A DNA stretch of 64,000 bases, from sequence record MN106245.1; one strand, 5' to 3'. This DNA is from Klebsiella phage EI. Under the pieces are notes generated by a model that did no database searches, had not been told where the DNA came from, and saw only the letters and a list, made by a program, of their open reading frames with translations. Both the position numbers and the translations under genes were made by a program. Positions 9,372-20,463 of this stretch are shown piece by piece (the stretch's first letter is position 1; every line of letters starts with the position of its first letter).

Positions 9372-10510
9372 TTTCACACCGTCCCGGATTTCCAAATGTT
9401 AGTATTAAGCTTTATCAAAACTATGATAAGTGGCTTGATAATAGCTTCGTTGAACTCGGCGCCACATTTACCACCTTGACCATGAGAGATAGTTTGTCTG
9501 GTATTAATGAAGGTATGCTCCAGTTCTATGATTCTAAAAATATTCACAACAAGATGAACGGAGACCAAATTATTCAGATCTCTGTTTCTAATAGCAATAC
9601 ATCGAGAACACAAACACGAATCTATGGAATAAAACATTTCACAGTTCGAGTCGATGATAAGGGCGATAATATTATAGCTATCCAGCTTAGTACGCTCCAT
9701 GATATAATGAATTTGAAGTTCAGCCGTTGCTTCTTCAGTTCAGCTTATGAAACTCTGGTTGAAATGATAGGCGTGATTTACCAAAAATATCCTAAGCTGG
9801 CTCCTCCTATAAACGGAATAAACACATATGTTCCTAGGATCCCTTGGACTTCTAATATAAAGGAATTCATGCAATATATCCGAGATGTAGGTCTATCTGT
9901 AGAAAGTGACCAGTTTGTTTTTGCTTGGGAAGACATAACAGGTATAAACATGATGGACTACAATGCGATGATTGCTCAGAACGCTGCATCTTTTGTTGTC
10001 GGCGCACCTCAGACTATTGGGCAATTCGCAGACCAGCTACCAGTATCTTTAGCTTGGGATTTTGAATGGCTTGTAAAAGCTAATGCTTATACTAGAAACC
10101 CATTCAAAGACGCTACATTCTATGCCCAGAGTTTTACAGACAAAGAAATCACAAAAATAACTGTAGGTGAAGGTTCTAATAGTATCTATATTAATAGAAG
10201 CGGCGGTTATTCAGAAATGATTTATCGTAATGGTTACGAAGAAGCTAACCGCATCGTTACTATGTCTCAGTACGATGGCTACGCGTCTGCTAAAATATAT
10301 GGTAACTTTGAAGTGACCCCTGGGATGAAGTTAAACTTCTACGATCCTAAAGAACAGTTCCGTACTGATTTCTATGTTGATGAAGTTATCCATGAAGTTA
10401 GTAATAACCAGTCAATCACTAACATCTATATGTTTACTAACGGTTCTACTATCGAACCAGTTCAAATAGCGAAGGTAAAAAATGAACTTAAACGTGATTC
10501 TGCCTATTAA
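9368..10510 (+). CDS. 27: Baseplate hub protein gp27
   Basis: 380 aa in the T4 gp27 position and of the same size; translationally coupled to gene 51. Confidence 0.8.
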   Translation: MISHRPGFPNVSIKLYQNYDKWLDNSFVELGATFTTLTMRDSLSGINEGMLQFYDSKNIHNKMNGDQIIQISVSNSNTSRTQTRIYGIKHFTVRVDDKGDNIIAIQLSTLHDIMNLKFSRCFFSSAYETLVEMIGVIYQKYPKLAPPINGINTYVPRIPWTSNIKEFMQYIRDVGLSVESDQFVFAWEDITGINMMDYNAMIAQNAASFVVGAPQTIGQFADQLPVSLAWDFEWLVKANAYTRNPFKDATFYAQSFTDKEITKITVGEGSNSIYINRSGGYSEMIYRNGYEEANRIVTMSQYDGYASAKIYGNFEVTPGMKLNFYDPKEQFRTDFYVDEVIHEVSNNQSITNIYMFTNGSTIEPVQIAKVKNELKRDSAY

Positions 10511-11009
10511 GAAAATTACAATTGATGGTATTGAAATTTCATTGCCTAAGCTTGGACTTAAGCACCACAACTTAATGAAAGAAGTAAAAATGCCGGACGA
10601 AAATCTGGCAATTCTTTTAGATTCTATTAAACCAGGTCTAGATGCCGTGCAAAGTGATATTGTTCTATTACAACTTTTGGCCTTTAACGGTAAGATTAAA
10701 GAAGAAGTTGAAAAGGATGGATTCACCTATCGCTTATCAGATGTGTACGGATGCCGTATATTAACACACCGTTTAAACGGTCAAGAATATAAATTTAATG
10801 CCCCAGAAAGGTTTAGTAAATTCGGCTCGGCTGACGCAATTCTTGACAAGTATTTTTCTTCTGTAGATGGCAGAACAGAGAAGCCTGATTTTATGAAGCT
10901 TCCAGCATTCGTAATTAAATGGGTTGACGGTATCATTAATACCGTAGCTATTCCTGGCCCTAATGGCCCTATAAAAGGAATTGGCAATATAATAAGGCTC
11001 TTTGAATAA
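10482..11009 (+). CDS. 28: Baseplate hub distal subunit gp28
   Basis: 175 aa against 177 in T4, by synteny. Confidence 0.75.
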   Translation: MNLNVILPIKKITIDGIEISLPKLGLKHHNLMKEVKMPDENLAILLDSIKPGLDAVQSDIVLLQLLAFNGKIKEEVEKDGFTYRLSDVYGCRILTHRLNGQEYKFNAPERFSKFGSADAILDKYFSSVDGRTEKPDFMKLPAFVIKWVDGIINTVAIPGPNGPIKGIGNIIRLFE

Positions 11010-12709
11010 TGGCTAGAAAAGTAAACAGTAAAACACAATCTCTGCGTCGGGTAATCGCCGACGCAGCACCACAAAAACGTAACGAAGCACTACAAGAAGA
11101 ACAAAACAATTCACTAGGCACTATTAATGGAACCCTTGAAGGGATCCAAGCTGCTGCTGAAATGGGTGCCGAAGCTACAGAGAATGGTCTTGCTAATGTA
11201 GGAAATTCTTTATCCGATACTAATGCTGGCATCGAACTTCAATTAGATGAATTAAGTGCTCTTAATACCACAGCCTCTTTAATAAGTGACAGAATCAATA
11301 AATTGGCTGAAAAACTAGGAGTAAAAGTCGAACAAGCCACTCCGCAGACAGCAAATGTTCCGTCTGTCGAGGTTGTACAGGATTCTATTCCTGAGCCGGT
11401 TCCGGAGATTCCATCGTTAGACGATCTTCTTCAAGACCTTATTCCGCCGCATGAAAACAGACGTCCAGATTCTGATGTATTACCACAGGAAGAACCTAAA
11501 GTAATTCCAAAAAAGGAAGATGACGAAAAGAAAAAGAAGGATGATACAGACCTTCTTAAAGCCCTTTTAGATACCACTAAAGCCGGATTTAAGAAATCAA
11601 TTTCGTTAACTGACAGAATTTCCAGTATGCTCTTTAGCTATACTGTGTCCGCTGTTGCTAATATGGCCAAAACAGCCGCTATGGTTTTAGCTTTGATTAT
11701 GGCTATTGATATTATCAAAATCCATTTCAAATATTGGACCGAACTGTTCAAATCAAATTTTGAAGAGTTCACTAAATTGGCCGGGACTTGGGCTCCTATA
11801 TTAACATCTATCAGCGAAATGGCTCAAAGCATTCAAGATACTTTTAATGAAGGTTCTTGGTTAGGATTAGCTGAAGCTATTGTTAAAGGTCTTGTCGGCG
11901 TTTTAGATACTTTAGGCGAAACAATTATGTTTGGTCTTTCTAAATTGGTTGCTGCTGTTCTTAGTAAAGTTCCTGGTATGGGCGATGCCGCTGATAATAT
12001 TCGCGGTTCTGCTGCAGATCGTTTCCAGTATCGTACTGGTGCCGAACTTTCTGAAGAAGACCAAGATTACGTAGCTAAATATAAAGATAATCAGCGCTTG
12101 AAAGAAGAGCAGGATTCTCCGATGGAACGTAAAATTACTGCTTGGGGCGATAGATATTTACTTGGTAAGATTGATGATGCTGAATACGAAAAACGTATGA
12201 AATTAGCTGATTCTGATACTAAAGACCCGGCCTTTGAAGGTAAAACCCGTGAACAGCGCTTAGAAATGTATAAAGCCCAAGGCAAAATGCAGGCTGAATT
12301 AAAAAGAACTTCTGAATATGCTCAGAACACTCGACCTGAAAATACCGAGCGTATGGAGTCTGCCGCTAACGCTGTTGCTAAAGCTTCTAAGAACTTCGAA
12401 GAGTTCAAGAAGAATAACCCTAGTTTAGCTAAAGAACTAGAGCCTCAGTATCGCTTTATGCAGGATGAGTGGAACAAAAAACGATTCCCGACTGTTAGTC
12501 CAGAACCGACAGAAGACAAGCAAGAATCTCAGCAAGTTAAGGTTATTGAGAAAATCGAAGCCCAACATAAAGTTGGTGATAAACTAGCTTCTCAAGCTTC
12601 TGTGAATGTTAACACAGCCATTAACAAAAATAACACTACCGTTATGCCTATGCAGCCGGTTACTAGTTCTCCAGCTCCAGGTATGGTCGGATTTACAAAA
12701 TCTAATTAA
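11009..12709 (+). CDS. 29: Tail tube length determinator / tape measure gp29
   Basis: 566 aa, with a coiled/low-complexity N-half and the T4 gp29 position. TAATG overlap with gene 28. Confidence 0.8.
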   Translation: MARKVNSKTQSLRRVIADAAPQKRNEALQEEQNNSLGTINGTLEGIQAAAEMGAEATENGLANVGNSLSDTNAGIELQLDELSALNTTASLISDRINKLAEKLGVKVEQATPQTANVPSVEVVQDSIPEPVPEIPSLDDLLQDLIPPHENRRPDSDVLPQEEPKVIPKKEDDEKKKKDDTDLLKALLDTTKAGFKKSISLTDRISSMLFSYTVSAVANMAKTAAMVLALIMAIDIIKIHFKYWTELFKSNFEEFTKLAGTWAPILTSISEMAQSIQDTFNEGSWLGLAEAIVKGLVGVLDTLGETIMFGLSKLVAAVLSKVPGMGDAADNIRGSAADRFQYRTGAELSEEDQDYVAKYKDNQRLKEEQDSPMERKITAWGDRYLLGKIDDAEYEKRMKLADSDTKDPAFEGKTREQRLEMYKAQGKMQAELKRTSEYAQNTRPENTERMESAANAVAKASKNFEEFKKNNPSLAKELEPQYRFMQDEWNKKRFPTVSPEPTEDKQESQQVKVIEKIEAQHKVGDKLASQASVNVNTAINKNNTTVMPMQPVTSSPAPGMVGFTKSN

Positions 12710-12718
12710 GGATTCTTT

Positions 12719-13774
12719 ATGTTTTTCGAAGAATTAAAAGATGGGCTAGAGAATATTAAGAAATCCGGTTCTAAGATTTCTCAAGGTACATCTAAGCACA
12801 CTTTAAAAAATGCTGCCAGCACCGTGACGGCTCAATACCCGGCAGAACGTTCTGCCGGGAACGATTCAAGTCAAGATATGAGAGTTCATGATTTGTATCA
12901 GAACGGGCTTTTGTTTACTGCATACGATTTTAAATCTCGTGTTTCTCCAGATTTACGAGATTTCCGAAGTGCTGTTAGTAAATCATCTGTTTTTGATGCT
13001 CCGGAAAAAACTAACACCGGCTCCCAGAGACTTTCTAAAGCCCCTGTAGCTAACATCCTGTTGCCTAAGTCTAAGTCTGATGTAGATTCTGTGTCTCACA
13101 AATTTAATGATGTAGGCGAATCCCTGATCACACGAGGCGGCGGCTCTGCTACCGGTGTTTTAAGTAATGTGGCTTCTACCGCTGTATTCGGCGGGTTGGA
13201 ATCTCTAACCCAAGGAGTGATGGCAGATAAAGGGGAACAAATCTATAATACTGCCCGCAGTATGTATGCTGGTGCAGAAAATAGAACTAAGGTTTTTACT
13301 TGGGATCTTACGCCAAGAACTCCTCAAGATCTTATTCAAATTGTTAAAATCTATGAGATCTTTAACTATTATTCTTATGGTGCCACAGGAACATCAGACT
13401 TTGCTAAAGAAGTTAAAGAACAAATAGATGAATGGTATAAAAGCACTTTAGAGTACGCCACTCCGGAAGGGTCCTCTAAAAGCGGGACTATGTTTGAGTC
13501 TATTACTTCTTTCCTTACTAATGTAATTGTTGTAAGCAACCCAACTATTTGGACGGTTCGTAACTTCGGATACACTAGTTCTTATGACGGGAGAGAAGAT
13601 ATATTCGGGCCTTGCCAAATTCAAAGTCTTAGGTTCGATAAAACCCCTAATGGTCACTTCAATGGTCTGGCTATTGCTCCTAACTTGCCTAGCACTTTTA
13701 CCCTTGAATTAACCATGAGAGAAATCTTGACTTTGAACCGTAGTTCTCTATATTCTAAAGGATTCCAATCGTAA
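12719..13774 (+). CDS. 48: Baseplate-tail tube junction protein gp48
   Basis: 351 aa against 364 in T4, by synteny. Confidence 0.8.
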   Translation: MFFEELKDGLENIKKSGSKISQGTSKHTLKNAASTVTAQYPAERSAGNDSSQDMRVHDLYQNGLLFTAYDFKSRVSPDLRDFRSAVSKSSVFDAPEKTNTGSQRLSKAPVANILLPKSKSDVDSVSHKFNDVGESLITRGGGSATGVLSNVASTAVFGGLESLTQGVMADKGEQIYNTARSMYAGAENRTKVFTWDLTPRTPQDLIQIVKIYEIFNYYSYGATGTSDFAKEVKEQIDEWYKSTLEYATPEGSSKSGTMFESITSFLTNVIVVSNPTIWTVRNFGYTSSYDGREDIFGPCQIQSLRFDKTPNGHFNGLAIAPNLPSTFTLELTMREILTLNRSSLYSKGFQS

Positions 13775-14691
13775 TGTATACTTTAGATGAATTCGTGGCA
13801 CAGGCTGCTAATAGTGATTTTCAGAGAACTAACATGTTCTCTGTTATTTTTGCTACAGCGCCATCGAGTAAAACTCAGACTCTACTAAATGAATTTGGTG
13901 GGGAACTTTATAATAACGTAGGTCTTAATGACAACTGGCTTGGATTAACACAAGGTGAATTTACGAGAGGTGTTACATCTCTTATTACTGCCGGGACCCA
14001 GCGATTGGTTAGAAAATCAGGCGTAAGTAAATTTTTGATAGGAGCCATGACTCAACGCACCATCCAATCGTTATTAGGGGAATTCACTGTAGGGACCTAT
14101 CTGCTTGATTTCTTTAATATGGCTTTCCCTACTACAGGATTATTGATTCATTCAGTTCAGATTCCTGAAAATAGGTTAGCCCATGAAATGGACACCTTCC
14201 ATAACAGCCCTAACATCAAAATTACAGGACGAGAATATGCTCCGTTGGTTATAACATTCCGTATGGATTCAGAGGCCAGTAATTTCCGAGCTATGCAAGA
14301 TTGGGTAAATGCAGTTGAAGACCCTGTAACAGGATTAAGAGCATTGCCTTCTGATGTTGAAGCGGATATCCAAGTTAACTTGCATGCCCGTAATGGATTA
14401 CCTCACACGGTGTGTATGTACACAGGATGCATCCCTGTGGGCGTCAGTGCACCCCAATTTAGCTATGAAGATAATAATCAGATAGCTACATTCGAAGTCA
14501 CCTTCGCTTACAGAGTTGCACAGATCGGTGCCGTCGGTAAACAAGCTGCGATGGATTGGTTAGAAGATAAAATTGTTCAGAAGATTGATACTATTAACCC
14601 AAATCTAAGTGCTCAAGGATTAGGTAGTATTTCAAGTAGATTAAGCCGTGTTGCAGGCGTTGGGAATGGACTTAGTAAGATTTTAACCTAA
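13774..14691 (+). CDS. 54: Baseplate-tail tube initiator gp54
   Basis: 305 aa against 320 in T4; TAATG coupling to gene 48. Confidence 0.8.
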   Translation: MYTLDEFVAQAANSDFQRTNMFSVIFATAPSSKTQTLLNEFGGELYNNVGLNDNWLGLTQGEFTRGVTSLITAGTQRLVRKSGVSKFLIGAMTQRTIQSLLGEFTVGTYLLDFFNMAFPTTGLLIHSVQIPENRLAHEMDTFHNSPNIKITGREYAPLVITFRMDSEASNFRAMQDWVNAVEDPVTGLRALPSDVEADIQVNLHARNGLPHTVCMYTGCIPVGVSAPQFSYEDNNQIATFEVTFAYRVAQIGAVGKQAAMDWLEDKIVQKIDTINPNLSAQGLGSISSRLSRVAGVGNGLSKILT

Positions 14692-14695
14692 AAAA

Positions 14696-14718
14696 GGGAG
14701 CCTCACGGCTCCCTTAGG
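14696..14718. terminator. Bidirectional hairpin GGGAGCC-TCAC-GGCTCCC between 54 and alt-region genes
   Basis: Perfect 7-bp stem preceded by an A-run and followed by TT-rich sequence, between convergent genes. Confidence 0.6.
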
Positions 14719-14722
14719 GGGT

Positions 14723-15010
14723 TTATTTACGGAAACCAAAAAACGCGGTAGAAGTGGCGATTAAACCGGTTTCATCAGCAACCTGAATTTGTACCGGAGC
14801 TTCAGATTCAAGCTGGCCAGATATAATACCATCAAAGATAGTGTCTGTTTGGTCCGGGTTGGTAAAGTTCTGCATCGGGGCGAAAGCAAAGAGTTTATCG
14901 CCATAGACTTTCTGCAGCTCTTTTACTACAACTTCATTAAACTGCTCTGAAGCAGGGATAACGTCATCGATAGAAGCTTCGATACCATTTAAACGGATGA
15001 ATGAACGCAT
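14723..15010 (-). CDS. Hypothetical protein (alt.-1-like)
   Basis: ORF trimmed to the internal ATG (MRSFIRLNG...) preceded by GAGGAAATCAAA. The longer form would overlap the alt stop. Confidence 0.4.
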   Translation of the reverse strand: MRSFIRLNGIEASIDDVIPASEQFNEVVVKELQKVYGDKLFAFAPMQNFTNPDQTDTIFDGIISGQLESEAPVQIQVADETGLIATSTAFFGFRK

Positions 15011-15071
15011 TTTGATTTCCTCATTTGTATGTTGTAATAAGACTAATACCACATCCATGCGGTGTTGTAAA

Positions 15072-17216
15072 CTAGCCTTGTACAAATTTTTCCGGGGTAT
15101 CTTCAATATCGATAAACGAAGCCAAGATGCTAAGGATGTCCCGTTTAGTAGTCAAGAACGTAGAAGCACTGATATCAGTATCTTCGCCGTCAACAGTAAC
15201 GATAGTACCAGAACCTACCGGAACCAGTTCACCGGATTCTACCAGAACATCGCCGTCATAAACAACCATAGATTCTTCAATTTGGTCTGAAGTCATAACC
15301 TCAGCCTGAATGAATTTTTGGTTATCATGTACTATGCCGTCAGAATAAGATGCATCTACAATCTTATTAATTTGAAGCATAGTCCCTCGCGGCAAGATAA
15401 CTTCCATTTCACCAGACATATTACTTAAGTCGCCTGGATAAACGACGTTGGTTTTATGGCCGCCTTCAATAGCCCAACCGATCATAACTTTATTAAGTTC
15501 GGCCTGCTTACGGTTATCGACAACCTCACTTTCGCCATTAGTATCTACCTCGGCGTTAAGCCAACTGGCCGGTTTAACTGTTTCTGCGCTATTGCCAGGA
15601 GTGTTTAAAACAGCCCTAGTATTATCTGAAGTCATTGCTACAGATTGATTACCTTTCCAGCCACCAAAAATAATAGGCATCAAAGACGTCGAAACGTAGT
15701 TTCGGAAATAAAATACCCTATTTTTAACAAGAGATTCAAAAATAGGCTGACGAACAGTCTGAGAGCGCCATAAAGTAAGTCCTTCTGGTAAACGGTCACC
15801 TTTCTTAAATGCATCATCAAGATTTTTAATAGCCGTTGTAACTTCTTTAGCGCTTAATGTATCATAGTTGTCTTCTGTATATCTTCCAAGAAGCATATTA
15901 TTGATACCAGTGTACCCAGAACCTACGTATTCTCTAATTCCGCGCTTTTCTGCAGGAGTATACTGGGCAGGACTGCGAGTCATTGTAATTAACTCAATTC
16001 CTGAAGAAACATTTTTGGCATACCCTTGGAGAGCTGATTTGATTAATTTAGTCCGTTCGATGTTCCAAAGATTTCTGGCCATAGCTTCGCGTTCAGACTG
16101 TTCCAGGTACTCTGGAGTACGAGACATGATGTGTTCCATGGCCTCGTATTCACGTTCGGCTAAAGCATCTAAAAGAGTCTGGGCATAAGCCTGCATGCTC
16201 TTAACAGAAGTTAACGGGGCATCGCCGATTCTTTTAATAAGCTCTTTAGAGAAATACTCTTCAAACTGATCTCGTTCACTTAGTTTAATAGTAATTAAAG
16301 AGCTTAATTGGAAAGCTGCACCGGATGCCGCTAATTTTGCGGATTGGGCTCTAGAAGCTTTAGAACTGACAGAGTCTAATATTTGGGCTGCTTCAGGAAT
16401 TTCCTGAGCAGTACTAGGCTTAATGAATTCTATAGCAGAAGCTTCATATTCTTCAAACTTAGAAGGGTCCATAATCACATCAGTAGAAAGAGCCTGGCTA
16501 GCAGCAACTTGTCGACGAGAAATTTTAGTACGACGAATAACAGCGATATCTGTACGAGTTTTCTCTACCTCGGCAATAGAGCCGGCGATAGCTTCATCTT
16601 TAGTGACTTGAATACCGTCTTTCTTGGATACCCATACATCGCCTACGGCAGAATCAACTTTAGTATATAGCTCAGTATTGATACCAGGAATCCCAGAGAT
16701 GTCCTCTAAGGGTTTATTTTTACGGTAGATAAGAATATATGTATGTTTACCGGTAAAGTTATAGAGAGCATCCAGGACTTTAAATTTACCACCAGTGCGG
16801 GACATACACAGACGAGCAATAAGACGTTGCAGAACAGGACCTTGGCCTTTCATCTTTTTAGTCGGGAACCGGAACATCACAGCATCCATTCTTAGCTGTT
16901 TTACTTGCTCATAAACAGTATCAAAAATTGTATTAATCGCCCCGATTGGATTACTACCCAAGCCACCTTTAAGCTCGGCTGGGGCCCCTTTAGCACTAAG
17001 AGACATTAAAATTAAATGGGCGTATTTGTCACCCATTTTAACCTGTTTAATAGCATCGCCTTCAGATTGGTATGATACCATTCTAGCTACTAAGTTTTCA
17101 TTTCCAGGTACTTTAATAGCCCAGATCTGTGGTACTTTAGATTTTAAATTCAAGTTCACGACAGGATAGTTCTTATCACTATCAGAGTCGAAAACTTCGT
17201 TAAGTTGTTCAGACAT
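15072..17216 (-). CDS. alt: Alt ADP-ribosyltransferase (packaged, modifies host RNAP)
   Basis: 714 aa in the T4 alt position between 54 and 30. The C-terminal region has ART-like R/S-T-S/E-x-E elements (YTGINNML.., WRSQTV, ESEVV). Confidence 0.65.
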   Translation of the reverse strand: MSEQLNEVFDSDSDKNYPVVNLNLKSKVPQIWAIKVPGNENLVARMVSYQSEGDAIKQVKMGDKYAHLILMSLSAKGAPAELKGGLGSNPIGAINTIFDTVYEQVKQLRMDAVMFRFPTKKMKGQGPVLQRLIARLCMSRTGGKFKVLDALYNFTGKHTYILIYRKNKPLEDISGIPGINTELYTKVDSAVGDVWVSKKDGIQVTKDEAIAGSIAEVEKTRTDIAVIRRTKISRRQVAASQALSTDVIMDPSKFEEYEASAIEFIKPSTAQEIPEAAQILDSVSSKASRAQSAKLAASGAAFQLSSLITIKLSERDQFEEYFSKELIKRIGDAPLTSVKSMQAYAQTLLDALAEREYEAMEHIMSRTPEYLEQSEREAMARNLWNIERTKLIKSALQGYAKNVSSGIELITMTRSPAQYTPAEKRGIREYVGSGYTGINNMLLGRYTEDNYDTLSAKEVTTAIKNLDDAFKKGDRLPEGLTLWRSQTVRQPIFESLVKNRVFYFRNYVSTSLMPIIFGGWKGNQSVAMTSDNTRAVLNTPGNSAETVKPASWLNAEVDTNGESEVVDNRKQAELNKVMIGWAIEGGHKTNVVYPGDLSNMSGEMEVILPRGTMLQINKIVDASYSDGIVHDNQKFIQAEVMTSDQIEESMVVYDGDVLVESGELVPVGSGTIVTVDGEDTDISASTFLTTKRDILSILASFIDIEDTPEKFVQG

Positions 17217-17276
17217 AATTATTCCCCTTATAAGATACTACTATTTATGCCAAAAAGGCTCCAGAAGGCTCCTTAA

Positions 17277-18755
17277 TTAGAACGGCCAATCGCCAAACAC
17301 CTCTTCAAAGGTATCAGCTTTTTCTTTATCAAATCGCCAACCTTTAATAATTGGTAAAAACAAGCCTACAGTTCCGTCTTTACGGCCTTTAGAAGTCGTC
17401 CAGCCATTACATTCACAATCGGCAATACGGTCAATTAACTTACCAGCAATAGCATCTTGCATCAGAGATTCACGGTCAAGTTCGCCACGTTGGTCGATAG
17501 GAATCAGAATCCATTCACCATCAATTTTCTTATGGGTTGTATCTGTGAAACCTGAACCACAGTCAGTAGTAATACGTCCACATTCAGAAGCTAGGTTAAC
17601 ACCACCAATTTTATTCGGATCTTTAGAGTGAGCATAGTACCCAGTAACTCGTAAAGCAATATCTATTACTGCTTTGAACTTAAACTGGTTCTTAGAGCGA
17701 GCATCTTCCCACAGGCCATCTGTATTCTTAAGAATGATGCCTTCTAAGCCCTGGTCACGGTATTTCTGGTAAACGGCTCGAGCTTCTTCAAGGCTATTAA
17801 CCAAATGATTTTCGATAAGAACAATCTGGCTGAAGGATTCAGCCATAAGTTCTAATGCACGGAAACGTACATCGTACTTAAAGCTCTTGAGTTTACCTTC
17901 AGAATAAATTACATCTAGAGGAACGTAATCCCAGACCTGGAATTTCATACCTTCGGCTTCTTCAGGAGTAATTGTGCCCTTCAGAGATTTGTTTGCTAAC
18001 CCATTTGAAGTGCTGCGGTCAGCAACAGTTTCTTCTTGTTCTTCAACAACGTCGCCGAACAGGAAGTCAAGAGAATCTTTCTCTTTGAAATTGGCCGGGG
18101 CATGATAAACTAGCTCACCATCAATCATTACACCGCCAGGGTGTTTCTCGCGGGCTTCTTTAGTCATTTCCATTAGCTGTTCAGCCAATTTATCTAGATC
18201 TAAATAATTGTTACCAGAGCGAGAAAAGAACAAAACCCCATCATCACGTACTTCAGCAAAGCACCGTGCACCGTCAGCCTTTAGCTGAGCATACGCTGGA
18301 AACTTAATATGCTTTTTAATTTTGGCTTCGTCAAAAGATGAAGCCAACATCTGTGGGTACTCAGGAACTAGGTTTTTCCAGGTTTTATTAGCAATCGTTG
18401 TACCTGTGCCACATTCAAGGTCCCGCATCAGAACACGGCGTAAAACTTCTATAATTTCCGGAGAACCATCTGCGATATACGAGGCTAACTCAGCAATGGC
18501 CGCATTACCTGTTACCTTTCTAGGAGCTAAAGTAAACTCTGCGAAATCCAAGCAATCTTCTAAAGTTAAAAGGCCCGCGGCTTGTGTGGGTTCACCGGCC
18601 TGTGGCCATTTTTTGATACCATAGTTCAAACGACGAGAATACGCCATTCTGAATACACGCTTCAGAAGTTCGTTATTCTTTTCGCGATTCATAATCGCTT
18701 TCTTTTCGTTAGTTGAATCCGTAGCAGCAAGTTCGTTAAGGATATCTAAAATCAT
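17277..18755 (-). CDS. 30: ATP-dependent DNA ligase gp30
   Basis: Collinear with T4 DNA ligase (MILDILNE..., KADGARCFAEVR adenylation motif, DGELVY, EGIILK, CECNGW). Confidence 0.95.
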   Translation of the reverse strand: MILDILNELAATDSTNEKKAIMNREKNNELLKRVFRMAYSRRLNYGIKKWPQAGEPTQAAGLLTLEDCLDFAEFTLAPRKVTGNAAIAELASYIADGSPEIIEVLRRVLMRDLECGTGTTIANKTWKNLVPEYPQMLASSFDEAKIKKHIKFPAYAQLKADGARCFAEVRDDGVLFFSRSGNNYLDLDKLAEQLMEMTKEAREKHPGGVMIDGELVYHAPANFKEKDSLDFLFGDVVEEQEETVADRSTSNGLANKSLKGTITPEEAEGMKFQVWDYVPLDVIYSEGKLKSFKYDVRFRALELMAESFSQIVLIENHLVNSLEEARAVYQKYRDQGLEGIILKNTDGLWEDARSKNQFKFKAVIDIALRVTGYYAHSKDPNKIGGVNLASECGRITTDCGSGFTDTTHKKIDGEWILIPIDQRGELDRESLMQDAIAGKLIDRIADCECNGWTTSKGRKDGTVGLFLPIIKGWRFDKEKADTFEEVFGDWPF

Positions 18756-19027
18756 TTAATTCGCCTTCCGTTATAAGTAGTCTTATTATAAGCTACTTCT
18801 TCCAGAAGCAGATCTAGCTTCTTATGATAAGTAATCATAGCTCTCTGGCCATTAACTGTATCGCAGAGGTATTCGCTTATATAAATGAACCCTTGTTCAA
18901 TGCACTGTTTAAAGATTTCTTCATCTTTAGCTTGCCTGAACAGTGGATTTTCGCGAAAGAACATATTAACGTGACCGAAGTCACGTGTACTATGTTTTCC
19001 ATCAATAAGAGTGTGAACTACAAACAT
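18752..19027 (-). CDS. Hypothetical protein (30.1-like)
   Basis: 91 aa directly downstream of the ligase. Confidence 0.4.
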   Translation of the reverse strand: MFVVHTLIDGKHSTRDFGHVNMFFRENPLFRQAKDEEIFKQCIEQGFIYISEYLCDTVNGQRAMITYHKKLDLLLEEVAYNKTTYNGRRIK

Positions 19028-19034
19028 AGTTACC

Positions 19035-19877
19035 TCAGAAGGATGCTCTTAAAGCAGACGGACTTTTAGCAGTCCATTTGTCTCTGCAATTGATGTACGG
19101 CTCTGGAGTAAATGGGACAAACGGACGTAAAGGTGTTTGGGCCCAAGGCTTATTTTTATTAGCTTCTTGAGCTTTACGGATTAATTCCCAAATGGCATCT
19201 TCATGATCTTTACGGGTCCCAGGAGTACCTGCTATTTTATGAAGAGTAGCCAGGTTCCCAATATCAGAAGAACGCTTAGAAATCATATACTGAACTTCGG
19301 CCCAGTCTTTAACAAAATAAGCACCAGTTTTCTCGGCTCTTTCGCCGCGAGGCATAAAGAACACATCGACATCAGTTCCTTTGAATACCTTCATGGCGGC
19401 TTCACAGTGAGAAGGCAGATCATCGATATAACAAACAATCCGGGATCCATACTTTTCTTTAGCCTGAGAAAGAAGGGCGTCCTTAGACTCTGAATGGCCG
19501 CACATCAGGATCTCCTGGAATGCGCCAGGGAACAAAGAATTCAGATTGAACTGTCTATTCAGCTTAGCATCAATACTGTTGCCTAGCGCAGTTATAGCTA
19601 CAAATTCGTAGTCTTTCTTTAGGTCATTGATGACCTTAAGGGCATCTTTATACGCGGCAAGGTATCGAATAAAATCAGAGTTATTGTACTTTTCCATAAG
19701 CTGCCTTCCAGTAGCAAGGTCAGTTTGGAAAATATCTGAAGCGCACCGGAACTTTTCGTCTGAAATCATCTCAATAATGACGTCAGTTTTGATACCATAT
19801 TTGTGTGCAAAATAAGCCAGGCCTGATTGCCACTGGATAACCACACCGTCGATATCAGTAAGAATAACCTTCTTCAT
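19035..19877 (-). CDS. HAD-superfamily hydrolase-like protein (30.2-like)
   Basis: N-terminal LTDIDGVV (DxDG motif I) and a later CYIDD motif. 280 aa. Confidence 0.5.
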   Translation of the reverse strand: MKKVILTDIDGVVIQWQSGLAYFAHKYGIKTDVIIEMISDEKFRCASDIFQTDLATGRQLMEKYNNSDFIRYLAAYKDALKVINDLKKDYEFVAITALGNSIDAKLNRQFNLNSLFPGAFQEILMCGHSESKDALLSQAKEKYGSRIVCYIDDLPSHCEAAMKVFKGTDVDVFFMPRGERAEKTGAYFVKDWAEVQYMISKRSSDIGNLATLHKIAGTPGTRKDHEDAIWELIRKAQEANKNKPWAQTPLRPFVPFTPEPYINCRDKWTAKSPSALRASF

Positions 19878-20067
19878 TGGTTAAATCTCTTAGTTTAGAT
19901 ATTTTAAAAAGCTCGCTTTCAGCGTGCAGTGAAGTATTACCATCAACCCAGTTTACATTATACCACGGTTCGATGTGGTACTGTGGAATTGCTTCTAAAC
20001 AATAGATAACAACACCTGGGATACCAGAGATGCCTAATGAGACTGTATCATGTCTTCTAAAGCGCAT
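19855..20067 (-). CDS. Hypothetical protein (30.3-like)
   Basis: 70-aa ORF, by synteny. Confidence 0.35.
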   Translation of the reverse strand: MRFRRHDTVSLGISGIPGVVIYCLEAIPQYHIEPWYNVNWVDGNTSLHAESELFKISKLRDLTNEEGYSY

Positions 20068-20239
20068 AGCGGTCCTTTAATTTTTCAAGGTCTACAGATG
20101 ACTCGAAGTCCGTTATAACTATGTAATTTCCTTGTTCGAGTCGTTTCTTCAGGACTTCCATATAGAAGCCTGATTTAGGCCACCCAGCCGTGATTAGATG
20201 GATTTCGCCTTGTTTAAAACCATTAGCTACTTGAATCAT
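20057..20239 (-). CDS. Hypothetical protein
   Basis: 60-aa ORF packed in the 30.x cluster. Confidence 0.3.
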   Translation of the reverse strand: MIQVANGFKQGEIHLITAGWPKSGFYMEVLKKRLEQGNYIVITDFESSVDLEKLKDRYAL

Positions 20240-20463
20240 TGCACTGTAACCCAGTTAGGAAACTCAAAGAACTCTGGAGCATCTACGTAATAAACCACTT
20301 TATTACTTTCAACTTCACAACTAATAACTTCGATCATTTCGTTATTCATCAAGCAACGAGCCAGACGTGGAGCTTGGGCTTTAGGAACAGAAACACGCAT
20401 AATATTTTCCTCAGAACTTAGTTTTGAATTTATTAGGCTCTTTAGGCATAACGGCGTTATCAC
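20236..20463 (-). CDS. Hypothetical protein
   Basis: 75-aa ORF with overlap coupling to its neighbour. Confidence 0.3.
   Translation of the reverse strand: MITPLCLKSLINSKLSSEENIMRVSVPKAQAPRLARCLMNNEMIEVISCEVESNKVVYYVDAPEFFEFPNWVTVQ

Noticed and set aside
15040-15075. GTAAAC hexamer at 15067 as a possible additional early promoter.
   Set aside because: There is no acceptable -10 element at the 17-18-nt spacing and the hexamer lies inside coding sequence.
17245-17275. GGCTCC AGAA GGCTCC looked like another terminator hairpin between alt and ligase.
   Set aside because: The two GGCTCC copies are direct repeats, not inverted, so no stem forms.
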